NCBI GenBank assembly: GCA_002269645.1
Contig: NIVC01001081.1
Location: forward strand, 186,001 to 250,000
Length of the DNA: 64,000 nt
Direction: 5' to 3'
From: Macrostomum lignano
Lineage: Eukaryota
Shown: positions 33,601 through 46,004 of the stretch, piece after piece
How the letters are laid out: each line of letters opens with the position of its first letter
How positions within the stretch are numbered: the first letter of the stretch is position 1
Position numbers and translations under genes: made by a program
Notes under the pieces: model-generated
The model's database searches: none
Told to the model about the DNA's origin: nothing
Seen by the model: the letters and a program-made list of their open reading frames with translations, nothing else

Positions 33601-34941
33601 CCAATATCACAGGTCAAGGAGCAGAATGGATTGCTAATCTAGCCAATATCACAGGTCAAGGAGCAGAATGGATTGCTAATCTAGCCAATATCACAGGTCA
33701 AGGAGCAGAATGGATTGCTAATCTAGCCAATATCACAGGTCAAGGAGCAGAATGGATTGCTAATCTAGCCAATATCACAGGTCAAGGAGCAGAATGGATT
33801 GCTAATCTAGCCAATATCACAGGTCAAGGAGCAGAATGGATTGCTAATCTAGCCAATATCACAGGTCAAGGAGCAGAATGGATTGCTAATCTAGCCAATA
33901 TCACAGGTCAAGGAGCAGAATGGATTGCTAATCTAGCCAATATCACAGGTCAAGGAGCAGAATGGATTGCTAATCTAGCCAATATCACAGGTCAAGGGAA
34001 GAATGGATTGCTAATCTAGCCAATATCACAGGTCAAGGAGCAGAATGGATTGCTAATCTAGCCAATATCACAGGTCAAGGGAAGAATGGATTGCTAATCT
34101 AGCCAATATCACAGGTCAAGGAGCAGAATGGATTGCTAATCTAGCCAATATCACAGGTCAAGGGGAAGAATGGATTGCTAATCTAGCCAATATCACAGGT
34201 CAAGGAGCAGAATGGATTGCTAATCTAGCCAATATCACAGGTCAAGGAGCAGAATGGATTGCTAATCTAGCCAATATCACAGGTCAAGGAGCAGAATGGA
34301 TTGCTAATCTAGCCAATATCACAGGTCAAGGAGCAGAATGGATTGCTAATCTAGCCAATATCACAGGTCAAGGAGCAGAATGGATTGCTAATCTAGCCAA
34401 TATCACAGGTCAAGGAGCAGAATGGATTGCTAATCTAGCCAATATCACAGGTCAAGGAGCAGAATGGATTGCTAATCTAGCCAATATCACAGGTCAAGGA
34501 GCAGAATGGATTGCTAATCTAGCCAATATCACAGGTCAAGGAGCAGAATGGATTGCTAATCTAGCCAATATCACAGGTCAAGGAGCAGAATGGATTGCTA
34601 ATCTAGCCAATATCACAGGTCAAGGAGCAGAATGGATTGCTAATCTAGCCAATATCACAGGTCAAGGAGCAGAATGGATTGCTAATCTAGCCAATATCAC
34701 AGGTCAAGGAGCAGAATGGATTGCTAATCTAGCCAATATCACAGGTCAAGGAGCAGAATGGATTGCTAATCTAGCCAATATCACAGGTCAAGGAGCAGAA
34801 TGGATTGCTAATCTAGCCAATATCACAGGTCAAGGAGCAGAATGGATTGCTAATCTAGCCAATATCACAGGTCAAGGAGCAGAATGGATTGCTAATCTAG
34901 CCAATATCACAGGTCAAGGAGCAGAATGGATTGCTAATCTA
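27644..34941 (+). repeat. 42-bp satellite, about 174 copies (7.3 kb)
   Basis: Unit ACAGGTCAAGGAGCAGAATGGATTGCTAATCTAGCCAATATC; variants GGGGAAG, a 41-bp GGGAAG and TATTACA. Confidence 0.99.
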
Positions 34942-36207
34942 CATGCAGCCCTAGTAAATGAGAAAGTCCTCAAGCACGGTGATGCATTTCTTCGGGAAAT
35001 TATTTTTCCAAGCGCACAGTGCGATCGCGGCAAAGGTGTCAAATATTTATTGAATCCAAGACTGGCCTCGGCCATCAGAATCAAGCCATCATCATTCCAG
35101 CAGGCATTTGGGGCGGGCAAAATCGAAAGCAAATAGGCAGAGAAGCGAATTATGAGCAGGCCTAGAGAAGGTATTTTGAAAATTAGAGAGCAGAGGTGAG
35201 CGTCAAACGGTCAATATTATCATCAGGTAAGTGTAAATTTCTAAGATAGAAAAGTTTTGTAGATTTTTTTAAATCCATTTTTTAGATTACAGAACGCGAT
35301 GGAAAGATAAAGATGAAATTAGCGAGAGCAGCGGTTCAGCGAACTACAACCTGCGCGGGTGAGCAGTTGCTCATAGCAACCAAAAAACATCGGCCCAAAA
35401 TATGAAAGCAGACACTTCAATTCGAAGAATGACAAGGATGACAGAGTTGCAAATCAAATACCAATGCTTGGGTCATGGTACAATGCAAAATTTTGGCGGA
35501 GGTGGATAAAAAATTTCCCGGCAAGCAACCGGCTTAACAATAATAACAGGTGCGAATTCGGCAGCCTTTCAAATTCGATGATAAATTTGGGAGTTTAAAA
35601 CAGCAGCCGGCAAGTCAGACTGGCCGACAGAGAGACGACGCAGGAAAAATATTTTTTGTGTTTGTAAAATTTTATACGCAAAGGTATACAGGTGTGTGTG
35701 TGAGCACGGGACAGCTCAAAAGAAGCAGATCTTCTCGTAGGAGATTTCAGCTCGGTAAAAAACCCACGAAGTTGAAAAAATGTTATACGAATATAAACGT
35801 TGAAAGCCAAACTATTTGTAATAATAATTTTCTTCTATTGCTACTCATTTAAGTCATAGAAAGTAGAGCATCGCGAAAATTTTTGTTGAAGTTTTTTGTT
35901 AAAGTGGGAGCGGAAATGTTCGCTGGTAAGTCCGGGTGACTGAGCAGCACGCGCTGAGAACTTGAGTCACCAGTTTTCATATTACATGAAATATCTGCAT
36001 CTGTAACGACCAGGTTCCTACATGTACATGCACCTGTACAATGCAGGTACCTCGAGTACTTTTTATGAACGAACGAACAAAGCCGAGTTCTGAAACGAAA
36101 ATTGGTTACAGATGCGGCGCGGCTGCGTCACAATGGGGTTCTGAAAGTCGAAATCAACGTCAATCAATTTCAGTTATGCCCTACCTTGATTAGCTGGCAC
36201 CTGTCCA

Positions 36208-37299
36208 TCAGTGGGCGTAGCCGTGCAGGAACGGGCAGCCCGCACCTTTGAAGCACTGCCCAGCAGCCCAGAACTTGCAGGTCACTCTGCTCAGGTCGTG
36301 CGCGAACTCGCAGTCCTCCTTGCGGCAGCGGCCTTTGAGCAGGAATGAGCAAGCTCGCTTCGACTTGTCGAGGAGCTGCTGCGGCTGCGGCTGCTGCTGG
36401 GCCTCGGGCCTCGGCGGGCAGGGCTCTGGTCGCCACAGCAGCCAGCGGATCCGGTCCAGCGGGCCCCAGTAGTCCATGGCCTCTAGCACCGCCTCCTGCG
36501 GCATGCGGAACAACCCGGTGGCCAGGAAGGCCGGCGGCTGCTTCTGCGGCTGCCGCGGATCCGCCGATGCCGCCGACGCTGAGCTTCCTGACGAGGACGC
36601 CTCGTTGTCGGCGTAGTCTCCGTCCTCCTCCTCCTCCTCCAGACTGTCGGTGGAGTCGAAAAAGTACATCACCGGCGGGGACTCGCCGCGGTCCGCGGCC
36701 TCCCAGAACGCCTCGTCGTCATCATAGTCGGAGTCTTCATCAGCTCCGTCCATCGGCACGCGAAAGCTGGTAGCCAGAGCCGAGGCGCTGAGCAGCTCGA
36801 GGACTTCAGCCGACTCGCTCGCCTCCTCCGCTGCTCCGGCCGACTCCGCCTGCACCTCCAAGTTGAAGGCGAGCAGCAGCTGGTCCACCATCTGCAGGAT
36901 CTCGGAGCCGTCGCTAGAGGCCGAGCTCTCCAGGTCGTCATCGTCGTACGGTCCAGGCCGGTCCAGCGGCGCCAACGGCAGCGGGCGAGTCTCCGCGGCG
37001 GCGCCCTCCAGGAAGCCCTCATCAGAGGGGATGACGGAGACCTCGGCGTAGCGACCGCCTCCGCCGAAGTCGCCGAGGTCGGTGAAGCCGCCGCCAGCGA
37101 ATCCAGAGCAGCCGAAGCCCCCGCCGCCGTTGCCGCCACCGGCCCACCAGCCGCCGCCGAAGTCTTCCACCGGCGAGTTGGACATCGCCGAGTCCCAGGA
37201 GTCGGCGGCGGCTGCGGCCGCGTTGAGGAAGGCAGCCGCCTGAGCAACTTTCCGGCAGCTGAGCTGCTCTGAAAATTCTGTCCCGGCGCTCAAATCCAT
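36208..37299 (-). CDS. Acidic low-complexity protein with two C-terminal CCCH zinc fingers, 363 aa, coding region in one exon
   Basis: CSFLLKGRCRKEDCEFAH and CKFWAAGQCFKGAGCPFLH; GC3-biased codons. Plausible 5'-UTR intron at 37484-37321 and a further upstream donor at 37740. Confidence 0.85.
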   Translation of the reverse strand: MDLSAGTEFSEQLSCRKVAQAAAFLNAAAAAADSWDSAMSNSPVEDFGGGWWAGGGNGGGGFGCSGFAGGGFTDLGDFGGGGRYAEVSVIPSDEGFLEGAAAETRPLPLAPLDRPGPYDDDDLESSASSDGSEILQMVDQLLLAFNLEVQAESAGAAEEASESAEVLELLSASALATSFRVPMDGADEDSDYDDDEAFWEAADRGESPPVMYFFDSTDSLEEEEEDGDYADNEASSSGSSASAASADPRQPQKQPPAFLATGLFRMPQEAVLEAMDYWGPLDRIRWLLWRPEPCPPRPEAQQQPQPQQLLDKSKRACSFLLKGRCRKEDCEFAHDLSRVTCKFWAAGQCFKGAGCPFLHGYAH

Positions 37300-37954
37300 G
37301 CCGCTGGCTGTGGCTCAGAGCTGATTAGTGAACTCAAGTCTGCCCGCACTCAGCTAATAAAAAAGCACGTTGATCAGTTTAATTAGCCATGCTTTTATTA
37401 TGTCTGAGGACGCCCACCCCACCTCCGCCAGGCTGATATCGCCCGCCACCCCATTAGCGGCCCCAAGCCGTAGGTAAATCTCACCTGCTATTCACACTAA
37501 GTTGAGTTGTCTAACATCAGGTGGGGAGTCAGCGCTTAATTATCGACCGTCTGGTTGAGAAATCAGAGGTGGGTGTCGCATGCCCAGCAGGAGCCCCCTG
37601 CCGCGAGTTGGTCTGGGTTTTTGGCCCAATTGTCGGCCACCTTTGATGTACCTGGCTTTGCACGTGTCTCGTAGGCGCAATTATTGATTCTCTTCCCGTG
37701 TGCACGTAATTAATTCCGATCGATAAATCAATTAACTTACCTGAGCGCCGGGCTGAGGTCTGTGTACGGTTGGCCCAAAACAATACGGTAATTACTGGCT
37801 GCATCTTACTGCTTTAAGTAGCCTAGTATGAGTTGCAGCATGTGAGAATCCACCTGCCCAACTTGCCTGCCTTAAACCGCATGTAATCAATACAAACCAA
37901 ATTCATCTGGCGATCTGGCGGCTTGTGCACAAAAATTGGTCGGGGGAATTCACA

Positions 37955-38270
37955 GCCGTGAAGGCCAACCCTCAAGACACAGAGTGTACGTGCCTGACAA
38001 TGGTAAGTAGGGCCGCTGTACTGGCGGGGACATGCCTGACAATGGTAAGTAGGGCCGCTGTACTGGCGGGGACATGCCTGACAATGGTAAGTAGGGCCGC
38101 TGTACTGGCGGGGACATGCCTGACAATGGTAAGCCACGTTGTACAGCCTGTGTGAGCGTGTGATAAGTGCGTGCCTGCGTGCAGTGTTGGCGGAGAGTTG
38201 CTGCAGCGCTGATGTTGTGGGACGATGGCGTTGCGCCAGGGTGCCTGCAGCCCTCCTGCAATTATTATTA
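37955..38270 (+). mobile_element. Diverged relative of the SINE 3' region with an internal 42-bp tandem duplication (about 3 copies)
   Basis: GGCCAACC..AGTGTACGTGCCTGA..TAGGGCCGCTGTAC..GCGCCAGGGTGC parallels the SINE body; ends in an (ATT)n tail. Confidence 0.55.
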
Positions 38271-38339
38271 TATTACAAATATTATTATTTCAATTATTTA
38301 TTTTATTAGGTGTCTCTCTGGTTTCACATTCCTCACATT

Positions 38340-40150
38340 CCTCTCATCCATCTCAATTCACTCTCACATCCCTCTCACGCCCCCTCTCACAAACTCTCAA
38401 TCTTTTCTGACATCTATCTCACATCCCTCTCACATCCCTCTCGCATCCTTTTCACATCCCTCTCACATCCTTTTCACATCCCTCTCACATCCTTCTCACA
38501 TCCTTTTCACATCCTTCTCACATCCTTCTCACATCCCTCTCACATCCCTCTCACACCCCTCTGACATCCCTCTAACATCCCTTTCACATCCCTCTCACAT
38601 CCCTCTCACATCCCTCTCACATCCCTCTCACACCCCTCTCACATCCCTCTCTCACCCCCTCTCACATCCCTCTCACATCCCTCTCACGCCCCTCTCACAT
38701 CCCTCTCATATCCCTCTCACACCGCTCTCACATCCCTCTCACGTCCCTCTCACCCCCTTTCACATCCCTCTCTCACCCCCTCTCACATCCCTCTCACATC
38801 CCTCTCACATCCCTCTCACATCCCTCTCTCACCCCCTCTCACATCCCTCTCACATCCCTCTCACGCCCCTCTCACATCCCTCTCACATCCCTCTCACACC
38901 GCTCTCACATCCCTCTCACATCCCTCTCACATCCCTTTCACATCCCTCTCTCACCCCCTCTCACATCCATCTCTCACCCCCTCTCATGCCCCTCTCACAT
39001 CCCTCTCACATCCCTCTCACATCCCTTTCACATCCCTCTCTCACCCCCTCTCACATCCCTCTCTCACCCCCTCTCATGCCCCTCTCACATCCCTCTCACG
39101 CCCCTCTCACATCCCTCTCACATCCCTCTCACATCCCTCTCACATCCCTCTCACATCCCTCTCACATCCCTCTCTCACCCCCTCTCACATCCCTCTCTCA
39201 CCCCCTCTCATGCTCCTCTCACATCCCTCTCACATCCCTCTCACATCCCTCTCACACCCCTCTCACACCCTCTCTCACATCCTTCTCACATCTCTCTCAC
39301 ATCCCTCTCACATCCCTCTCACATCCCTTTCACATCTCTCTCTCACCCCCTCTCACATCCCTCTCACATCCCTCTCTCACCCCTCTCAAATCCCTCTCTC
39401 ACCCCCTCTCACATCCCTCTCACGCCCCTCTCACATCCCTCTCACATCCCTCTCACATCCCTCTCACATCCCTCTCACATCCCTCTCACACCCCTCTCAC
39501 ACCCCTCTCACACCCCTCTCACATCCCTCTCACATCCCTCTCACATCCCTCTCACATCCCTCTCACATCCCTCTCACGCCCCTCCCACACTCCCTTTCAC
39601 ACCCTCTCTCACATCCCTCTCACATCCCTCTCACATCCCTCTCACATCCCTCTCACATCCCTTTCACATCCCTCTCTCACCCCCTCTCACATCCCTCTCT
39701 CACCCCCTCTCACATCCCTCTCACATCCCTCTCACATCCCTCTCACATCCCTCTCACATCCCTCTCACGCCCCTCTCACATCCCTCTCACATCCCTCTCA
39801 CATCCCTCTCACATCCCTCTCTCACCCCCTCTCACATCCCTCTCACATCCCTCTCACGCCCCTCTCACATCCCTCTCATATCCCTCTCACACCGCTCTCA
39901 CATCCCTCTCACGTCCCTCTCACCCCCTTTCACATCCCTCTCTCACCCCCTCTCACATCCCTCTCACATCCCTCTCATGCCCCTCTCACATCCCTCTCTC
40001 ACCCCCTCTCACATCCCTCTCACATCCCTCTCACATACCTCTCAAAACCCATTCCCACATCCCTCTCACATCCCTCTCACGCCCCCTTCACATCTCTCTC
40101 ACATCCTTCTCACCCCACTCACATCTCTCTCACATCCCTCTCATATCCAT
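38340..40150 (+). repeat. CATCCCTCTCA 11-bp minisatellite
   Basis: Direct inspection. Confidence 0.97.
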
Positions 40151-40639
40151 CCCACACTGGTCTCACAGAATGCCACTTCAAAAGGCTGACCTCAACTGCG
40201 CCAAACGGGATCGGTCGAGGGTCTCACGCAGGAAGCAGATTATCCACTCGCTCCACAAAATCCCCAAACCCAGCCCAGCTACGGCGGTGAAATCGGATTC
40301 GTGCAACCCCGGGGAGAAAAGAATAAATTTGAAAAGGGAAATTTTCAGCTGAAAGCTGACACTGTCTGCTTCGGTTGTCCCGGCTTTGGGATCTGCGCAT
40401 TTTCTGCCCCTCGGGCCTGTCAGCGGATTCTGAGAAGATCCAGTTTTCAGCCAAGAAAAAATTGCCTTCCCTAAAACTGCTGTTTTTTGAGTCGCTCTTT
40501 GATTTTAACAAATGTTGCCGCCAAAACGCAGCGATTATTTGCTTGTGCGTAAGTAAGTGTGCAAGTGGCAGAACATGCAGCATGGAACCTTGGCCAGTGT
40601 TGAGGCTTAAAATGCATACATGCAGTACACAGCCTTTCG

Positions 40640-41500
40640 CTTTGTTCAATGGGCCGCCGCTTCCCCACTTCCGGGGTCCTTTGTTGGGCCGCCGCTACCT
40701 TTTTCCGGGGTCCTTTATTGGGCCGCCGCTACCTCTTCCAGGGTCCTTTATTGGGCCGCCGCTACCTCCTTCCAGGGTCCTTTATTGGGCCGCCGCTACC
40801 TCCTTCCAGGGTCCTTTATTGGGCCGCGCTTCCCAACTTCCAAGGTCCTTAAATGGCCCGCCGCTATCTCCATCCAGGGTCCTTTATTGGGGCCGCCACT
40901 ATCTCCTTCCAGAGTCCTTCAATGGGCCGCGCTTCCCAACTTCCAAGGTCCTTAAATGGCCCGCCGCTATCTCCATCCAGGGTCTTTTATTGGGCCGTCG
41001 CTACCCAACTTCCAGGGTACTGCAATATACCGCCGCTTCTCAACTTCCAGGGTCCTTAAATAGGCCACCGTTACCCTCTTTCAAGGTCCCTTATTGGGCC
41101 CCTGCTTCCCAACTTCCAGTGTCCTTTATTGGGCTGCTGCCAACTCCTTCCAGGATCCTTTAATCGGCCGCCACTACCTCCTTCCAAAATTCTTTATTGG
41201 GCTGCCGCTTCCAAACTTCCAGGGTCCTTCATTGAGCCGCCGCTACCTCCTTCCAGGGTCCTTTATTGGGCCGCCACTACCTCCTTCCAAAATTCTTTAT
41301 TGGGCTGCCGCTTCCAAACTTCCAGGGTCCTTCATTGAGCCGCCGCTACCTCCTTCCAGGGTCCTTCAATGTGCCGCAGCTTCCCTACTTCCAGGGTCCT
41401 TTATTGGGCTGCTGCCACCTCCTTCCAGGGTCCTTTAATCGGCCGCCGCTACCTCCTTCCAACGTCCTTTTTGGGCCGCCACTTCCAAACTTTCAGGGTC
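40640..41500 (+). repeat. ~34-bp degenerate minisatellite
   Basis: GGGTCCTTTATTGGGCCGCCGCTACCTCCTTCCA units (period 34 at 40741 and 40775). Confidence 0.92.
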
Positions 41501-41669
41501 CTTTAGCGGTGCAGCTCCTGTGCTAGTCTGGACCCAATAAGGCAGAATTGTAGATTTTACAGCCACCCTTGTAAGCGGCAGAGACCAGACTGGCTGCAAT
41601 TCCTGCATACAGGACCGCAGCAGCTGCACTCCGCCATCATTCGGCCCAGCCTCCAGCCCTTCATCAGCC

Positions 41670-41803
41670 CAGCTCGGCCAATGCGGTGTGAGGCGGCGGC
41701 GGCGCTCCTGCCAGTGCCCTCTCCCAGTGCAGTCTGCAGCAGCTGCCGGGCCAATGGCCGCCCAGCCTCCGCGCCAAGCCCCATCGCGGTGCCGGCTATA
41801 AAG
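41670..41803 (+). promoter_or_regulatory. Core promoter of bHLH paralogue 1
   Basis: GGCCAAT at ~41676 and ~41748, CCCCATCGCG at 41779-41788, CTATAAAG at ~41796, about 100 bp before the ATG. Confidence 0.6.
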
Positions 41804-41900
41804 AGCCCGCCGGGGGCCGCCCCTCAGCCTCCCAAATTTTTCATTGCCTTAGAAAAATTCAACTAAACTTCTGATCAGAATTCCCTACAATCTCCGGAGA

Positions 41901-42644
41901 ATGTCTTTCCAATGGTCATGGACCGGCATCCCTGAGCAGCAGCAGGGGTTCCATAACCAACAGGACGGTCTCTACCAGTGGCCCTCCGCTGCCGACTTTC
42001 CCGTTGACGTCCTCGACCAGCTGCCGTTGATGCAGCCGCCTCCGGCGCCAGAGAAGCGTCAGAGAAAGCGCCGACAGCAGCCGCAGCTGCAGCAGCAGCA
42101 GCAAAAGCAACAGAAAAAGCAGCAGCGAAAGCAACAGCAGACAAATCCGCAGCAGAAGCAGCAGGCGGGCCTGAGCCAGGTCGAGCGCCAGGCGGCCAAC
42201 CAGCGCGAGCGGGAGAGGATGCACGTACTGTCCAGGGAGTACCACCGGCTCAAGCTCGCCCTGCCCAACATCCCGCCCGACACGAAGCTGTCCAAGCTGG
42301 ACACCCTGCGGCTGGCGGCTCGGTACATCCGGCATCTGACCGAACTGCTCCGGCAGGATGACGACGGCGCAGACAGCAGCGGCTTCCAAGCCGACGATGA
42401 GGCGGTTGAGAACGCTGAGAATTTGAAGCCTGCGCTTGAGCAGCAGCAGGTGGTGCCCTGGAGCTTCGCCAGAACCGCCGATCATCACGGTGGTCGAAGG
42501 CTCGCAGCGGCCGCGCCAGCCCCGGCACAGACAAGCCGAGGAGGAGGAGGAGGCCGCCGAAGTGACGGCAGCTCCAGCAGCGCGGCGGACGCATCTGGCC
42601 TGAGCTGCGGCTGCTGCGAGCTGTCCGGCCAGTGCTTCGACTGA
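41901..42644 (+). CDS. MyoR: MyoR/TCF21/musculin-family bHLH transcription factor, paralogue 1, single exon, 247 aa
   Basis: [52 protein letters not shown]; RM.VLS and [15 protein letters not shown] are MyoR/TCF21 hallmarks; polyQ tract precedes the domain. Confidence 0.85.
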   Translation: MSFQWSWTGIPEQQQGFHNQQDGLYQWPSAADFPVDVLDQLPLMQPPPAPEKRQRKRRQQPQLQQQQQKQQKKQQRKQQQTNPQQKQQAGLSQVERQAANQRERERMHVLSREYHRLKLALPNIPPDTKLSKLDTLRLAARYIRHLTELLRQDDDGADSSGFQADDEAVENAENLKPALEQQQVVPWSFARTADHHGGRRLAAAAPAPAQTSRGGGGGRRSDGSSSSAADASGLSCGCCELSGQCFD

Positions 42645-42879
42645 CTGTCGAGCGCTCGTGTTGCTGCCATTGTACAGTCCGTTTGCTCACCTGTTTGTTG
42701 CCATTCGCTTGGATACACGCACTGTAATATAAACTGTTAAATAGTAGATCTTTAATGTGCATTTCCCATGCTTTCAAAAACAGCTTTTTTGTTTTGTTTC
42801 TTTACAACTGCCTTGAAGAGCGCGGCTATAGTAGACAGATAATTAGATGAGAAGAACTATACGAAACGGAGTGGGACTA

Positions 42880-43325
42880 GATCAGCTTCTAAGAGAGACT
42901 AGATCAGATTCCAAGAGAGACTGGATCAGATTCTAAGAGAGACTAGATGAGGCTCTAAGACTACGGTAGATGAGGTTTTAAGAGAGACCTGATTAGATTT
43001 TCTAAAAGAGACTAGATCAGATTCTAAGAGAGACTAGAGAAGATTCTAAGAGAGACTAGATCAGATTCTAAGAGAGACTAGATCAGATTCTAAGAGAGAC
43101 TAGATCAGATTCTAAGAGAGACTAGATCAGATTCTAAGAGAGACTTGATCAGATTTTCTAAGAGAGACTAGATCAGATTCTCAGAGAGACTAGATCAGAT
43201 TCTAAGAGAGACTAGATCAGATTCTAAGAGAGACTAGATCAGATTCTAAGATAGACTAGATCAGAATCTAAGAGAGACTAGATCAGATTTCAAGAGAGAC
43301 CTGATAAGATTTTCTAAGAGAGACG
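42880..43325 (+). repeat. GAGAGACTAGATCAGATTCTAA 22-bp minisatellite
   Basis: Direct inspection. Confidence 0.93.
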
Positions 43326-43774
43326 AGACAAGAGACTAGCGAGAGGAGAGTAACCAAGCCAATGATTTTACCCAGCAAAATTGCGTTTGGTACACAGATT
43401 AAAATAAACGAAGTAATTAATAGGCGTTGGGCTCCGTGAATTGGGCCAGTGATGGGCAGAAATAATTTTTCCACGCACCCGCTGCCGCAAGGTGGCTTCA
43501 ATCGCCTCTCGGGCTTGACGCAGTGGCCCCCTCGTTATGCCGCGAGTTCGAAAGGCGGGCAGCTGCGGGCTTCCCCGCTGCGGTCGTGGGCGAAACTCCC
43601 AGCGGGTGCTTTAAGAGGAGGGGCTCCCGACCCCCTCAGAACTGGCGGATATTGGGGACTGGGGTTGATCTCTGCGCAGCCCCGTATGTCCGTCTTGGAA
43701 CTGCTGGGTGGCTTTTCTGTCTGTCTGGTACAGTCTCTGTCTCAGCGTATGTGTCTGTTGTACTGTATTTCTGT

Positions 43775-44061
<287 letters not shown>

Positions 44062-44494
44062 CGCTGTGTCCTGTGTGCATCCGCAGGCCGCAGCAAACTA
44101 ACCTTCAAGTACGATTTCCCTTTTATCTCTGGTCAATTACCATCGCTCCACCTGCTCCCCCGCCGCCAGCCCTTCAGCCTCAAGAATCACAAGTCTTTAA
44201 TGACGCAAATCTCCTCTATCTGAAGCCTCGCCAATATCGAAATTGAAATTGCGGGCCTATAAATCATCCGGGCAGGCAGCTGGAGCTGGAGAGCAGGTGG
44301 TGGCGGCTCAGAAATGCTGATAATGCATTTGGCCCGGTTCTGCTTTAGTAAAGCTGGCGACGATTTTCTGGGATGAAGCATTCTCTGTCAGCGAATGCAT
44401 TACTGTTCTGTGTGTGTGCGAACTGATGGGAGCGCTGAATTACAGTGCTGATAGGGAAGATGACAGCCAGCAAGATTATTTATGTTAGGGGATA

Positions 44495-45320
44495 GACGGA
44501 GAGAGGGGAGATAAGAGAGAGGGGAGATGAGATAGCGGAGATGAGAGAGCGGAGATGAGATAAGGGAGATGGGAGAGGAGAGACGAGAGATGAGAGACGG
44601 GAGATGAGAGAGGGGAAATGAGAGAGCGGAGATGAGAGAGCGGAGATGAGAGAGCGGAGATGAGAGAGCGGAGATGAGAGAGCGGAGATGAGAGAGGTGA
44701 GATGAGAGAGGGGAGATGAGAGAGGAGAGATGAGAGAGCGGAGATGAGAGAGGGGAGATGAGAGAGGGGAGATGAGAGAGGGGAGATGAGAGAGGGGAGA
44801 TGAGAGAGGGGAGATGAGAGAGCGGAGATGAGAGAGCGGAGATGAGAGAGGAGAGATGAGGATGAGAGAGGAGAGATGAGGATGAGAGAGGAGAGATGAG
44901 AGAGGGGAGATGAGAGAGGGGAGATGAGAGAGCGGAGATGAGAGAGGGGAGATGAGAGAGGGGAGATGAGAGAGGTGAGATGAGAGAGCGGAGATGAGAG
45001 AGCGGAGATGAGAGAGCGGCGATGAGAGAGGGGAGATGAGAGAGGGGAGATGAGAGAGCGGAGATGAGAGAGCGGAGATGAGAGAGCGGAGATGAGAGAG
45101 GAGAGATGAGGATGAGAGAGGAGAGATGAGAGAGGGGAGATGAGAGAGGGGAGATGAGAGAGGGGAGATGAGAGAGGGGAGATGAGAGAGGAGAGATGAG
45201 AGAGGGGAGATGAGAGAGGGGAGATGAGAGAGGAGAGATGAGAGAGGGGAGATGAGAGAGGGGAGATGAGAGAGGGGAGATGAGAGAGGGGAGATGAGAG
45301 AGGGGAGATGAAAGAGATAA
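44495..45320 (+). repeat. GAGATGAGAGAG(C/G)G 14-bp minisatellite
   Basis: Direct inspection. Confidence 0.96.
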
Positions 45321-46004
45321 GGGCTTGTAATTTGAAGTCTAATTAATTGCATCCTATCATAAAAGGCCTCGGTACTCACACAAGCCGTCAGCACAGACCA
45401 ACAGGCTAACACGAACCGAGGAGGGAATATAAAAATCCTTATTTCGATAAATTCTAAGGATTTAAAACAGGAAATTTTTGTCAGGAAAGTCAAATCCCGT
45501 GCGAATTTCGTTGAGAAGAACGCAGTGACGATTCGGCCAGAGGGTCCAGGCAAGAAAGCCGAGGCCGCCTTCTCCTGCTTTCAGGTATTTCATAGGCAGC
45601 GCTGAGGCATTTTAGGAATTTATTGGGCCGCCCCAGCCTCCGGTGGAATGCGGGCCCTCAGCCCCCTGTCAGGCAGACAGAATCGGGGCTTCCTTGAGAA
45701 TTTCTCAGCGTCAGCTGCCCAGAGCTGACGGCGGAGCCAAGAGCACCTGGCGCATTGGCGGACAACTCCTTTCTTAATAAATCCTGTCTCTTCTTCAACA
45801 AACATTTTCCTGTCCGACAGTGATGACCCAAGTCCAAGCCAAGAAGCCAAGATGCCCATCCTTCATCAGTTCCTGTTGGTGCAGCAAACATTTTCGGGAA
45901 CGAAAAAACTTCTTTTAGCAGCAAGCGAAGAGGCAAGGCAGTCCCACACACGCTCACGCAGTGTGTACTTGCGTGGCTCTTGACTTTCTCTTTGCGCATC
46001 TCTC

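Noticed and set aside
27644-34941. CRISPR array (regular repeats with a weak palindrome)
   Set aside because: Units are contiguous with no unique spacers, there are no cas genes, and the context is eukaryotic; it is a satellite.
43445-43680. Possible TE terminus (CAGTGATGGGCA, hAT-like start, with GC-rich body)
   Set aside because: No matching inverted end or TSD found in the window.
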